Source: the human T2T-CHM13v2.0 reference genome, Homo sapiens | Reading direction: 5' to 3' (one strand) | DNA length: 64,000 bases | Assembly (NCBI RefSeq): GCF_009914755.1 | Contig: NC_060938.1 | Part shown: positions 25,827-40,290 of the stretch, in pieces | Layout of the letters: each line of letters begins with the position of its first letter | How positions within the stretch are numbered: position 1 is the stretch's first letter | Notes under the pieces: model-generated | Databases searched by the model: none | What the model was told of the DNA's origin: nothing | What the model saw: the letters and a program-made list of their open reading frames with translations, nothing else | Made by a program: the position numbers and the translations under genes

Positions 25827-27485
25827 ACCTTGCCGCCGTAAGGTCTCTGTTTTCCTGGGCCTGAGACAGCAGCAGAGGAGTTCGAGAAGAGACATGAGAC
25901 GGCCTGGCTTCGGCTTTAGGAGACAGAGAAATGCAGCTGATTTTCCTGGTACAAGCCCCTTCTGAGAGCATGTGCACTCCTGGGATTCTCGAGGCTCCCT
26001 AAAGAGGAAGGTCTCGTGATCCCCTGCTCTGCCTGGGCGAGAAGGCTTTCATCTCCCAAAGCAGGGCCACACAAGGGCGGGGAGGAACCCCTGGCCCAGT
26101 GGAGCTTTATCTGCTAAGTGGGCACCTTCCCACCCCAGAGCCAGCACCCAGGACCCTTCACTTCTGGGCTGGCTGCCAGGCCATGGCAGCACCTGGAGCT
26201 GCCTGAATGCCCAGGACGTGCTCATGTCCACCCTGTCATCCTGTAGATCTCCAAGTGTTTGTGCTTTGCTAAATGTATATTTGGGATTTTCTGCTTACCT
26301 CCCCCCTTACACTTAGACACCGTCTGTTCACCCCATCCATTCCCCGCTTCCTATGTGCTAGACACGCATGCTCTTCTAGGGTGGCATTTGCCTGGCACCA
26401 GCTGGGTGCTCCATATGTGTTTTTAAAATAAAGGGGAAAGCACTCAGGCCCCGTGCTTAGAGAAAAGCAGAGGATTACACCAGGACTTGAGTGATGGATG
26501 AACACTGAACAGTGCGAGGAGGAGGAGGTCATTTTCAGCAAATGCTCACAAGCAGGATGCATTCAGAGCCCATGAGTCACTCGCTCAGCATGGAGGGTGG
26601 CTCTGGGTGTTACAGCAAGACCGTTGGGGAGCTCTTGAATTCCAAGGGGTTGGGTCGTTGTCCTGTGGCATGACAAAATCCAGGTGTTTCCAGAATATTA
26701 ATCCAGCAGAAGGATAGACTGAAGGAAAGGAATCAGAAAGCCAGGAGATTGGTTTACAGTCCTTTGTTGCAGACTTGTATGTACGTTGCATGAGTTTCTA
26801 AACCCTGTGATGGGAAGAAAGGTGTGACCGCCAACAGCCTTGGTCGGGGGTGAAAGGACACGAGCTGGACCACAGTGAGGGTGCTGCATTTCATCCTGGC
26901 AAGAATTCTGCCCAGCTGTGGCTTTCTGTCCTCCGTCTACAATTGGGAGAATACTGGAGACATCAGATGTCGTGTAAGGACTAAGAACGAACCCTGGAGA
27001 GGCTCAGCATCTGGGTGCTATTTGTAGAGGTCTGCTGGGTGACATGTACTAGAGTCTTTCATTTTGAAGAACCTGCTGGATATGACTAGAAAAGTAAAGG
27101 AGAAAAAAACTCCAGGACTGATGGATGAGAGAACTGAAAAGTGGCCCTTGATGTCACAGTGGGCACTGGGACTGCATGTCCCCAGGGGCTGCAAACTCCA
27201 GAGCTCACCTTCCCTTGAATACACATCCAGTATGGCCCAAGCCCACGCATACTACAGGGAGTCCAGCCTGCCTGGAGTGCCCCCTCACTAGTATTTAGGA
27301 CACCCCAGGGAAGGTTGGCCTGTCCTCTATTTCCAGAGGCAGGCCTTTATCCTCTGTGACCACCTCTTCACCCAAGTACCCAGGGGACTTCATCAAGCAC
27401 AGCACACATCAGACTGTAAGGTTTAACCAAACCTTATAGAGGCTGTGGGAATTACAAACAACTAAATTCAGAAAAGGCAAGCATT

Positions 27486-27811
<326 letters not shown>

Positions 27812-29338
27812 TCAGTGCCTACCCACTTCTTAGTCCCCTGCTATCTTCTGCCACACTATAGGGACCTGCTTTTCTTTCACAGATTTGGGGTCCCCTCCCC
27901 CTGCCCTCAGCCCCACTCCCTTGGCCCCAGAGACAGTAGGAGACCCTCTGCTCCCCTGAGCCCGGGCCTGTCTCGCATTTCCCGTGGAGATGAGCAACAA
28001 GGGGAAACGTGGGTCTTCTTAAAGAACTTTCCTTTCCGCCCTCCACCACCTTGGCAAGGCAGCCAGATGCATCTCCGAAGTCCAGCTCACTCAGGCCAGC
28101 TCTCTTCACAGACTGTCTTCCAGCAAGAGGCAAAGCAGAGATGAGACCTGCACGTGCTCTTTGTGGCAGAGCTGGCCTTATACGCACTCCTGGGTGAATA
28201 AACAGGGAGACATCTCCTAAGAACAAACGCTTCTCAGAAACAGTATAGTCTAAACTCATACTGAAGGGAGAATAAGCCAGCCACGGGCTGGAGAGACCCC
28301 CGCCTACATTACTAAGTAACAGGAAAGGCTAAGATTTGGAGCCTTCCTCCGGTTCAGATCTATCCCGGGAGTAATGGAAGATGCTTGCCTGTTGACAATT
28401 TTTTTTTATTAAAAATCCCACCCAGGAGGTCTCTCCTGATAGGAGGGGACCATCCTATCCTCTAAGGCAAATTCCAGCTTCTTCCCTGAAATGTACATCC
28501 GCTACTGAGCCTCAGAATGCTATTTGTTCCACCTACTTCCACAGTTTTAAGGTCTTCAGCAACAGGAGAAGACAGCAGGAAAACTTGAAGTGCAGTTGGC
28601 TCCCGCTGAGATGTCACTAGCAGAAAAAGGGAACACAAGCAAAAGGCAAGATTCTAAAGACAGAGGTGACACCTTCTGCTCCAAACATTTGGAGGGTCAC
28701 CTTTCCAGAAGTCAGACTCGAAGTCCTGAATTCTGGCATGAATGAGTTCTCCTACGTGTAGGGGGTGGCCTGGAAAGATCTTAATTTGTAAGTTGACAGG
28801 TAAGGGGCCTTCAGTTGGAGAATCTTGTCACCTGATTCTCAAAGCCAAAAATATCTTACTGTCTGAAACATGAGGTCTTGAGTAGTTCAACTTGACCCAT
28901 GCAGACATAATTTGAGAGACGCCAAGGAGGATTAGGAAAAAATGTATCTGGTCTTACTCAACTCTGAACATTGCATGAGTCAAACGTTTTCCTAGCTCTC
29001 TGTTTGTGTGATGGGTCCACTCTGATGGATTCTTGGCGATGTATCTTTCATGACCAAAATTCAAAAGAGGCCATTCGAAGTGGCTCCCACAAAAGCTGCT
29101 GCAGAGCCCCAGACATTCAGAAGCCAATAGTGAAGGGGCCAAAAGCCATCCCTCAATGTTCACTGACACTTTGCGAGCCTTGGGGCAAGTTGGCGATGTC
29201 AAAACATGTTTTTAGGGCGTGTTTGCCAACATACAGGTCTTGGGCAGGATTGCAGACCTCTGCAGATGGTACCAAAGTAAAGGGGGAGATGGTAGCTGAA
29301 TAATCTCTTATCATCCCTAAAGTGCAAAGTGAAATGAG

Positions 29339-29440
29339 AGTGGATTTTTCCTTCCAAATCCACTTGGAGTGAGTCCCGAAAGACTCACTTTTGCGGCAAT
29401 CCCCACAATGACATCACTGGAGCGGAGGTTATATAATTTA
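29339..29440 (+). promoter_or_regulatory. BDKRB1: BDKRB1 proximal promoter: NF-kB-like GGCAATCCCC (29395-29404), CRE-like TGACATCA (29409-29416), TATA box TATATAA (29430-29436), AP-1-like half sites
   Basis: Motifs read directly about 30-110 bp upstream of exon 1. Consistent with the established NF-kB/cytokine inducibility of B1R. Confidence 0.85.
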
Positions 29441-29460
29441 AAGCAACCACATCTCCACAG

Positions 29461-29549
29461 CACTTCCCAGAAGAGAAAACTCCTCCAAAAGCAGCTCTCA
29501 CTATCAGAAAACCCAACTACAGTTGTGAACGCCTTCATTTTCTGCCTGA
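29461..29549 (+). other. BDKRB1: BDKRB1 exon 1 (non-coding; TSS approximate)
   Basis: Begins about 25-30 bp after the TATA box. Ends at the strong donor GA|GTAAGT (29549/29550). Contains no ATG. Confidence 0.85.
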
Positions 29550-30554
29550 GTAAGTAAATGACCACCTTTTTTTTTTCTTTTATGAGAGTACAATATGAGA
29601 GGAAATCTGTGTCTCTTAGAAAAACAAAAAACTTCCTTTTACACCTACCTATTGGCAAAATTTTCCACTTCTGTGAGGGTACTTTTTAAAAATAATTCTA
29701 AATCAATTTAAGAGACTTTTATTTCATGCCTAGTTTGGGTCTTAATTGCTTTTCCAGAACAGGAGGAGGAGGGAAAGGTTTTAGAACTCGTAGGAAGGTT
29801 CCAGTAGCTCCTTATATCAAAGTCAGGTGAAACATGTCAGGGCTGAATGCAGCCACCAGAGTTCGCATGGACTGACCAGTTACAGCCTGCAAATTCTGAA
29901 TCATAAAAATTAAATTAGTCTCTCTGGGATGGCTTACAAGATTTCATAAGACCAATAACTGGTTGGGTTATTCGTGGCTTGAAAGTAGCATCTTACTATG
30001 TGACCGTGCTGATGGTCTTTAACATCTGTGGCTGAATTTCCAATGCCTTTAACATCACCATGCTGTTGAAATTGGAGTTAATTTGAAGAATTAACTAATT
30101 TGTTGAAGAAAGTCACACTGTCTCATAGCCTAGGTTAAAATGTGCAGAATTCAGAAAATACCACACAGGAATTACAGAATTGCCATCTCTTGTAGACTTG
30201 CCCAGTGCCCCTTCTGAGTTCTTCAAATAGGGTCACATATTACTAACAATATCCAGAGATATTGTTTATTGAGCACCTACTATGTTCCAGGCAAATATCA
30301 GAGCTAAAGCTGAAAACTGGCAAAGGAAGATTTCTCCTCTCTAGCCAACTTTATAAACACAGACAGCAGCAGGTGAGGACAATCCCTTTAAAAATAAGCC
30401 CCATGTGAGCAGACACATGCTGTGGCTGCAGTGGCCCCAGCCACCTCCCCGTCCTGGGGATGGGGGCGGTGTCCACTGACCTAATCAGGTTCGAGCTAAA
30501 GTCCCTGCGTAGCTGGTCGTCTCTGGCTTCCTGGGCAGGGTGCAGCCTCACCCC

Positions 30555-30813
30555 CGTGCTGGTTTCCTAAGGCTGCTATAATTAATTATCACAAAGTGAG
30601 TGGCTTAAAACGATGCAAGTTATTATCTTACAGTTCTGGAGATCAGGAGTTCAAACTCAGTCTCGCTGAGCTAAAGTCAAGATATTGGCTTGGCTTTGTT
30701 CTCCATCCCCATGATTCAATTATCTCCCACCAAGTCCCTCACACAACACGAGAGAATTATGGGAGCTACAACTCAAGATGAGATTTGGGTGGGGACACAG
30801 CCAAACCATATCA
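30555..30813. mobile_element. MaLR LTR fragments (MLT1 piece joined to a THE1/MST piece)
   Basis: GGCTTAAAAC...TTATCTTACAGTTCTGGAG and CAAGATGAGATTTGGGTGGGGACACAGCCAAACCATATCA. Confidence 0.65.
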
Positions 30814-31088
30814 GTGCTCAACACCCTCCCATCTCTTCTCAAACTCTCAATGCCCCAGCCCCTCCACCACAGGTCAGGACCTCGCCTCCTTTCTCCCTGA
30901 GAAATCCCAACCAATCGCCGGGGAATTCTACAGATTCCCACCTGCCAGCCTCTGTCACCATAGACCTCAGCTTCCTGGCCATCATCAGAGATAGCTAGGA
31001 GAGGGATGGTCAGGCCATGTGTGTGCACACTGCCGGGGCACCCCAATAGTCAAAAATTATTTCCCCCAAAAATTAGTATTTACAGGTA

Positions 31089-31280
31089 GAAAGAGAGAGG
31101 AAAGAAGGAAGGAAGGAAAGAAGGAAGGGAAGGAAGGAAGGAAGGAAAGCAGGATGGGAGGGAGGGAAGAAGGGAGGGAGGAAGGGAGGGATGGAGGAAG
31201 GAAGGAAGGAAGGAGGGAAGGAGGGTAGGGAGGGAAGGAGAGAAGGAGGGAATGAAGGGAAGGAAGGAAGGAAGGGGAAA
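31089..31280. repeat. (GGAA/GGGA)n polypurine tract
   Basis: About 190 bp of almost pure purine. Confidence 0.95.
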
Positions 31281-31814
31281 AAATCCAACAAAATGGTTAT
31301 ATTATATTGATGGTGTTATAAAGTAGTTCTAGATAAAAACTATTTTCAAAAAAGTCTTTAAATATATATGCATACACCTATGAATATTAAAGCAAAAGAA
31401 AACATGTTTATGTTAATCAACTGAACATTTAAAAATAAGATAAGCAAAATAATTGTTCTTGTTGTATATTCACATGCTACAGTTTCTTGTACCTGACTGA
31501 TACCCTGTCACTGGCATTTTTCACAAGAATGTATTTTCTTCAGTGGGGTCTTGTTATTTTTAATTTTTCCATATAATTGCCTGAAATCTTTTTTCCACAA
31601 ATTTTACAATTAACAAATTTAAATTAGTACCTTCAATTGACTCTTCTCTTGAACCATAATATATTGAGAAAATGTTCCCTGTGCAGGTTCTGAGTGATAA
31701 GCTCTCAGCAAATTCTGCCAGGCAGAGGCTGTTCTCAAGTCCAATTCTTTGCATATGGAATTGCATAAATATTTTAGCCCAGATATTTTCACAGGTGCTG
31801 TCTTTGTGCCTTAG

Positions 31815-32071
31815 TTTGGAATGTAGTGGTGCGATCTTGGCTCGCCACAACCTCCGCTTCCCAGGTTCAAGCAATTCTCCTGCCTCAGCCTCCTGTGTAG
31901 CTGGGATTACAGGCGCCTGCCACCATGCCCGGCTAATTTTTGTGTTTTCAGTAGAGACAAAGTTTCACCATGTTGGCCAGGTTGGTCTTGAACTCCTGAC
32001 CTCATGTGATCCACCTGCCTCAGCCTCCCAAAGTGCTGGGATTACAGGCATGAGCCACACCGTGCCCAGCC
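31815..32071 (-). mobile_element. AluS lacking its 3' end and tail
   Basis: Antisense Alu sequence without polyT. Confidence 0.88.
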
Positions 32072-33275
32072 CACACGTATTTTTTTTTAACCAGATTAAA
32101 CCTTTCAAATAAGTTGTACCTACTTATAAGTTTTGAATGTTTTGTCAGATTCAGATACTGCAAAAAAAAAAAAAATCATTGGCTTTCTCAATTTCATCTC
32201 ATTTCATACAGAACATGAATTTATCCAATTAAAAAGATTCTTCCCACAAGCTGAAATGTTCCAGAGCTCATTTTAGAATTTCAAAATTAACTCTTGTACA
32301 GCATTTGATTTTGATCATTTTCTGATACATTTTATAATTTTTCTGCATACCAGCTTTGTTTTCAATATTTATAATTCACTAAAAGCTTTGAAAGTTGACG
32401 TTTTGCTGCTCTATTCATTGAATAACTTGACTAAATATTTCCAACTGATTTGGAACAAAATTCAACGAAAATTTATAGATCTGTTTTAATACACTGTTTA
32501 ATAACATTTTAGGATGCTGAGACTCAATGTCCACTAAAATTGATTGATAATGGGAAAATAAAAGAGAAAACACATGTGAAAGTCCAGTTTTTTAAAAAAA
32601 TTCATGAACAACTTTATCACAAGTTTGTAGTTCAGTAAATCTGTGCATATGTTTTAACATTTTGTAAATTTTGTCACGTACGTCTATAAATGTCAATTTA
32701 TAGAATATTGACATTTATTTATATGCAATAACAAATTGTGTGTGCACCATGACCTGTTCCAATCACATTTCTGTTTCATTAGTGTCTTAATTTAGTAGGA
32801 ATATTATTGTTACCATGACGCTGGACTCCACCACAATTTGTGTTTTATCCTCACAAAAATGCAATGACTTTATTTCCAATGTGGAAAATTTAAACAACTT
32901 AAATAGCATTCACAAAAAGTCAGTTGTTTCACTTTGCCAGAATGAATGTCCCAAAGCCCTGCTTGGCTTCCATGAGCTGAATGAAAGAATGAATTGTGAT
33001 TGGAATTAACAGGTTTTTCTGTCTGAAGAGTCCGAGGATACTGGTGTTGAGCTGGCACCATTTTGCTTTCTGTGATGTTCTTCTTATGGAGCCAACACAC
33101 AGTCAGCCATCACTTCCACTGTTGCACGTGCACAAGAAAAGCTGGAATTAAATGTGAGCTGAGTTAACTTAAAGAACAGTCATTTGATCTAAGGGAAAAG
33201 TCATGCCTCTCAGAATGATCTTATATCAGCATCTTTTGCAGCTACATGGATGAGAACCGTGTCTTAGGGTGCAAT

Positions 33276-33572
33276 TTTTTTTTTTTTTTTTGAGACAGAG
33301 TCTCACTCTGTCACCCAGGCTGGAGTGTACTGGTGCGATCTCAGCTCACTGCAACCTCTGCCTCCTAGGTTCAAGCAATTCTCTGCCTCAGCCTCCCAAG
33401 TAGCTGGAATTACAGGCACCTGCCATCACACCCAGCTAGTTTTTGTATTTTTAGTACATACAGGGTTTCACCATCTTGGCCAGGCTGGTCTTGAACTCCT
33501 GACCTCATGATCCACCTGCCTCGGCCTCCCAAAGTGCTGGGATTACAGGCTTGAGCCACCACGCCCAGCCTG
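33276..33572 (-). mobile_element. AluS
   Basis: Antisense full Alu with GGTGCAAT flanking both sides. Confidence 0.92.
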
Positions 33573-34009
33573 GTGCAATGTTCTTAAAATTACTAATTTC
33601 TAAAGTAGCAGCTCTGTGTCTTAGGTTTTCTTGCAATCAGTGAAATTGCTACAGACCCCATAGTGATGCAAATGTCAACAAACGTTCTATGCAAGCTATC
33701 TGCTCATCAACAACTTCCTTGAGCAACAGAAGTGCAGTACTTAAATTTCCATTAAATATTTGTTTTTTAGCTCATTACTCCAAAAGGGTTTATTTCAAAT
33801 TCTTTAAGTATTGCCAAATGATAAAATACACATAGTTTTGGATTTATGCCCTGCAAAAAATGACCAAACTATTGTAACAAGAGCCTCCAGCCTCCTCCAT
33901 ATTATGCTCTGGGTGGGGACTGCTCAGCTTCCATGTGCCATGGACATTTCACAACCACCAAATCATAATTTCCCATGTCTCCTGTTGATCTGTCAACCGG
34001 CAGCTGTGC

Positions 34010-34640
34010 AACTTCTGCTCTTTTATCTACTCTCTCCCTTGGTGATTTCATCCAGCCTTGTGGCTTTAAATGCCATTCCTATAGTTACAACTCCCAGTTA
34101 GGTCTCATCATCCCAGATCTTGTCCCTGAATACCACACTTGTCTACCTAATTGCCTGCTGGATGTCCCCATGTGATGTCCAATTTATATCTCAACCTTAA
34201 CAATTCCAAAGTTGAACTCCTGTTCTTCCCCACCCCCCACAAAAAAAACTGCTTCATCTTCATTCTGTCACCTTCATTTCAGCTGATGACAACTTCATAC
34301 TTCCCAGTGTTCAGTCCAAAAACCTTGGCATTGTCCGATTTCTCCTTTCTCCCACCCAGATCCAACTGAAAATCACGGTGTTACTACCTCCAAAACACCT
34401 CTAGAGTTTGATCACTTGATCACTTCTCACCACCTGCCCTGCTACTCTCCCCAGCTGTCACCCGCCAGCATGTTTATTTAGTGTGTGTATTGTTTATCAA
34501 CTTCTTCCTCCTGCTAGGCTTATACGCACACTGAGAGCAGGGATTTTTGCCTGCTGTATTCACTGCTTTGTCCTAAATACCTAGAACAGTGCCTGGCACA
34601 TAGTACATTCTCAGTAAATACTTGTTCAGCAAATAAATAA
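34010..34640 (+). mobile_element. L2 3' fragment
   Basis: Ends with the L2 terminus CTAGAACAGTGCCTGGCACATAGTA...CTCAGTAAATACTTGTT. Confidence 0.75.
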
Positions 34641-35559
34641 CTGGAGGAACCAGTGAATTATACCCCGGTGTGAATAACTCCATGTGAGTGACATGACAGA
34701 ATGTCAGAGCTAGAAGGGCCTCTTGAGGACATCATGTCTTCCTTAGATGAGGAAAGTCAGGCTCAGAGACATGAACTGACTCTCCTGAGGTTACACAGCC
34801 AAATATGCTCTTCCAAGGTTAATTCTCTGCTACACAATAGCTTTTGTTGGTATCTGTGAGGCTTTGCGGGGTTGAAGGAATCTCAGGTGTCACCCATTAA
34901 TAACAATCATGACAGTGACAACTAATGTTTGCCACGTGCTTACAATAAGTCAGGAACCCTGCCAAGCACCGGGCGTATATTAACCTATCCAAGCTGGGGA
35001 AGAATGTTTAGGCTCTGAAGATTGTCTGGAGCCGCATAAATCCCGCAGTGTAGGCAGCTGCTCATTCTGCAGATAGTATTCTGTGGATCCCTGAGTTGGC
35101 TGTGGCCGGTTTTGCCAGCAGGAGGCCACGAAGCCATGAGCACAGGATGGGATCTACCCCTTGTGGGATCGCAGAGGGCTGGGAGATGCAGTCCTCCCTA
35201 TGGAAAGAGACAGAGCTTTCTATCCCTCTCCCGGTGAAACTCAGCATGGGAGCATGGGAGGCAGGTCAGCTGCGTGGCTATGAACATGAGCTATGGGGTG
35301 CATGCAGACCAAGGTTCATAGTGTACACTGTACCCACCAGCTGTAGCTCCTCCAGCAAGCGTGGGAGGCCAGTCAGCTGCATGGCTGTGAGCACGGCCTC
35401 TGGGGTCCATGCAGACCAAGGTTCCTGGCGTAGCACTGTAACCACCACCTAGGTCTTCTCCGACAAGCTGGTTAACTTCTCTGAGCCTGGCTTTGTCATT
35501 CATCGCGTGGGGACAGGTGCAGCAGAAGAGAGCAGACAGAAGCACAGGATCTCAATCAG

Positions 35560-36214
<655 letters not shown>

Positions 36215-36672
36215 TAGCACTGTCCCCACCCCGGCCACCACACTGGTCCCAGCCCCAACAGGTCAGCTTCCTTTGCTGTTCCCGGGCTTCCCTCAGCTCT
36301 ATCTCAAGCCATGACCTCTGCCTCCATGTCTGCAGCCCCATGAGGCTGGGGCTGCTCTGTCCTGCATATCTCCAGTGCCTGGCAAGGGGCTGGCAAGAGG
36401 TAGAGGCTCATTAAATGCCTGTTAAAACCCTAATAGTAATAATAATAATGGTACAGTTGTTACTAAGACTAATCACTACCTTCCAAAGTCTTTCCTCTAT
36501 GCAAGGCACGGAGCTAAGCACCCTGTAGATCCTGACAACAGCCCTCCCGTGATCCCACAAGAGAGACACGATTCTCTCCAATGTTTAAAAAGGAAAGTAA
36601 AAGTCAATGGTTCTAAGTAGCTCACACTGAGTGATTGTACCGGGATTTGGACTCAGGCACCATCCCTTAAAC

Positions 36673-36895
36673 CAGAGGTCAGCAAACTTTTCCCCCTCAG
36701 GAACAGATGGTAAATATCTTCAGCTTTGCAAGCCAGACAGTCTCTGTTACAAGCGCTCGACTCCCCCTTGTAGCATGAACACAGCTGTAGATAATACGTC
36801 CAGGAATGGGTGTGGCTCTGTGCCAATAAAACTTTATTGTCCAAAAACAGGTGACAGGTTGGTTTGGCTCATAGGCTGTAGTCTGCCACTTCCTG
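36673..36895 (+). mobile_element. MER58A-like hAT-Charlie MITE directly upstream of the BDKRB1 exon 3 acceptor
   Basis: CAGAGGTCAGCAAACTTTT ... GTGCCAATAAAACTTTATT ... GTAGTCTGCCACTTCCTG. Confidence 0.8.
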
Positions 36896-36932
36896 TTTTA
36901 TTCTACCTTCTGTTCATTTCAGGTCACTGTGC

Positions 36933-37994
36933 ATGGCATCATCCTGGCCCCCTCTAGAGCTCCAATCCTCCAACCAGAGCCAGCTCTTCCCTCAAAATGC
37001 TACGGCCTGTGACAATGCTCCAGAAGCCTGGGACCTGCTGCACAGAGTGCTGCCAACATTTATCATCTCCATCTGTTTCTTCGGCCTCCTAGGGAACCTT
37101 TTTGTCCTGTTGGTCTTCCTCCTGCCCCGGCGGCAACTGAACGTGGCAGAAATCTACCTGGCCAACCTGGCAGCCTCTGATCTGGTGTTTGTCTTGGGCT
37201 TGCCCTTCTGGGCAGAGAATATCTGGAACCAGTTTAACTGGCCTTTCGGAGCCCTCCTCTGCCGTGTCATCAACGGGGTCATCAAGGCCAATTTGTTCAT
37301 CAGCATCTTCCTGGTGGTGGCCATCAGCCAGGACCGCTACCGCGTGCTGGTGCACCCTATGGCCAGCCGGAGGCAGCAGCGGCGGAGGCAGGCCCGGGTC
37401 ACCTGCGTGCTCATCTGGGTTGTGGGGGGCCTCTTGAGCATCCCCACATTCCTGCTGCGATCCATCCAAGCCGTCCCAGATCTGAACATCACCGCCTGCA
37501 TCCTGCTCCTCCCCCATGAGGCCTGGCACTTTGCAAGGATTGTGGAGTTAAATATTCTGGGTTTCCTCCTACCACTGGCTGCGATCGTCTTCTTCAACTA
37601 CCACATCCTGGCCTCCCTGCGAACGCGGGAGGAGGTCAGCAGGACAAGGTGCGGGGGCCGCAAGGATAGCAAGACCACAGCGCTGATCCTCACGCTCGTG
37701 GTTGCCTTCCTGGTCTGCTGGGCCCCTTACCACTTCTTTGCCTTCCTGGAATTCTTATTCCAGGTGCAAGCAGTCCGAGGCTGCTTTTGGGAGGACTTCA
37801 TTGACCTGGGCCTGCAATTGGCCAACTTCTTTGCCTTCACTAACAGCTCCCTGAATCCAGTAATTTATGTCTTTGTGGGCCGGCTCTTCAGGACCAAGGT
37901 CTGGGAACTTTATAAACAATGCACCCCTAAAAGTCTTGCTCCAATATCTTCATCCCATAGGAAAGAAATCTTCCAACTTTTCTGGCGGAATTAA
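36933..37994 (+). CDS. BDKRB1: Bradykinin B1 receptor (353 aa, class A GPCR), intronless CDS in exon 3 (exon starts at 36923)
   Basis: [17 protein letters not shown]...DRY...CWAP...NPVIY...FQLFWRN* matches human B1R. Acceptor TTTCAG ends at 36922. Confidence 0.99.
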   Translation: MASSWPPLELQSSNQSQLFPQNATACDNAPEAWDLLHRVLPTFIISICFFGLLGNLFVLLVFLLPRRQLNVAEIYLANLAASDLVFVLGLPFWAENIWNQFNWPFGALLCRVINGVIKANLFISIFLVVAISQDRYRVLVHPMASRRQQRRRQARVTCVLIWVVGGLLSIPTFLLRSIQAVPDLNITACILLLPHEAWHFARIVELNILGFLLPLAAIVFFNYHILASLRTREEVSRTRCGGRKDSKTTALILTLVVAFLVCWAPYHFFAFLEFLFQVQAVRGCFWEDFIDLGLQLANFFAFTNSSLNPVIYVFVGRLFRTKVWELYKQCTPKSLAPISSSHRKEIFQLFWRN

Positions 37995-38044
37995 AACAGC
38001 ATTGAACCAAGAAGCTTGGCTTTCTTATCAATTCTTTGTGACAT

Positions 38045-38050
38045 AATAAA
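38045..38050 (+). terminator. BDKRB1: BDKRB1 polyadenylation signal (very short 3'UTR)
   Basis: AATAAA 50 nt after the stop codon. Confidence 0.8.
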
Positions 38051-38084
38051 TGCTATTGTGATAGGCTAAATGATTACTCCCGTA

Positions 38085-38826
<742 letters not shown>

Positions 38827-40018
38827 AGTATCGGGTAATGGCCTCTCTTATTACACTTCCATTTGTCTATTCAAAGCTTTCTAGGCTAACTGCCAGGAAT
38901 ACAGGGATGGTATAGCTAGAAGTTCTATATTCAAGGAACTTACATACATCTAAATATTATAATATAAAAAATGAAATGAGAAATTGCATGAACACACCAC
39001 GGATCCAGCATCTTGCGCCTTCAGCGAGAAAGGGGATGGGTTCCCTCTCAGGTTAGCAGAGAAGACGCTGTGAAGGGAGTCAGCCGTGAGCCTGGTTTCC
39101 ACAAAGGGTGCAATCTGGATACGTGGAGACAGGGAGGAAGGGCTGGCAGAGGCGGGAAAGGGTGAGCTGCTCACAAAAGAATGCTTGTGCATGCTCTTAT
39201 TGAACGTGTAATGCATTGGTGCGGGTCTTGCTATGAGAGACCCAACGGTGAGCCTAACGGTGTCTCTACCCTCCAGGGGCTCACAGCAACCAGGACAATA
39301 ATTAAGGGATTGTCATAGAGCAGGATGCCCGCCACCATCAGGGTGAGGGGTGCCGTGAGAACCAGAGCAGGGCTCCAGTCTGGGTGGCTGGGAGGGATGG
39401 TTAGAGAGGGGTTCCTGGAGGAAGAGACACATAAACTGAATCCCAAAAAATGAGAAGCTGGCCAAGCAAAATGGGGGAAAGGAGTGTTCCAGACAGAAGG
39501 AACAAAGTAGGCCCAGAGGCAGGTGGGGTTACAGGTTAGGAGGGAGAGGTTGAAGGATGGCAGAGGAGGAGGCGGGTCATGGAGAGAATTGGGGCTGGAG
39601 GAGAATGGACAGGCTGGGTCCACCATGGTCAGCTGGCAAAGACAGTTCACCCAGGAAGGATGGTGGGCTCCAGGCAGCTTTGAGGGCCCCATTGAAGCTG
39701 GAAAGCGTGGCTGTGTTGTGTGAATTTACTCTGATAATGCTCGACAGACCCAGGAAAGGATTGCTCTGGAGTAGGGTTTAGCCAGATAGACGGCCATACG
39801 TCATGGGAGTTGGGGATCCTGGTCAGACTCGGGGGAATGATGGAGAGGGAAGAAACGAGCACAGGGAGAGAAGGAAGTGAAGTGAGATCAGTGTGTTAAA
39901 GGATGGATATAGTGAGAGAACCTGGGTGACAGCAAGAAACAGAAGAAGAGCCAGGCGTGATCTTCTGTACACTGTGAAGGGAATCAGCCGTGAGCCTGGT
40001 TTCCACAAAGGGTGCAAT

Positions 40019-40290
40019 CTGTAATCCCAGCACTTTGGGAGGCTGAGACAGGTGGATGGCTTGAGCCCGGGAGTTTGAGACCAGCCTGGGCAACATAGCA
40101 AGACCCCGTCTCTACAAAAAATACAAAAATTATCCAGGCGTGGTAGTGCGCACCTGTAGTCCCAGCTACTTGGGAGGCTGAGGCAAGAGGATCATCTGAG
40201 CCCAGGAGGTCAGGGCTACAAGCAGTGAGCCAAGATTGTGCCACTGCATTCCAGCCTGGCTGACAGAGTGAGACCCTGTCTCATTAAAAG
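40019..40290 (+). mobile_element. AluJ lacking its first ~25 nt
   Basis: Begins at CTGTAATCCCAGC; GAGGATCATCTGAGCCCAGGAGG. Confidence 0.88.

Larger units (their letters stand above)
31300..33880 (-). mobile_element. Fossil hAT DNA transposon (Zaphod/Tip100-like) with degenerate transposase, split by two Alus
   Basis: AT-rich block. Minus-strand translation gives CENIWAKIF...[10 protein letters not shown] (hAT C-terminal dimerisation-like) near 31700-31795 and GxGxGAH-like residues near 32740. Family and boundaries approximate. Confidence 0.6.

Noticed and set aside
25563-25977. Repetitive ORFs (LGDSWVCACA)n and similar
   Set aside because: A by-product of the 30-bp minisatellite period.
31672-32112. 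146-aa ORF and many similar ORFs (3926, 8291, 27575, 44945, 60316)
   Set aside because: Alu-derived translations.
37089-37597. Antisense and alternative-frame ORFs inside BDKRB1
   Set aside because: The sense alt-frame ORF starts at TTG. The antisense ORFs are expected shadows of a GC3-rich CDS.
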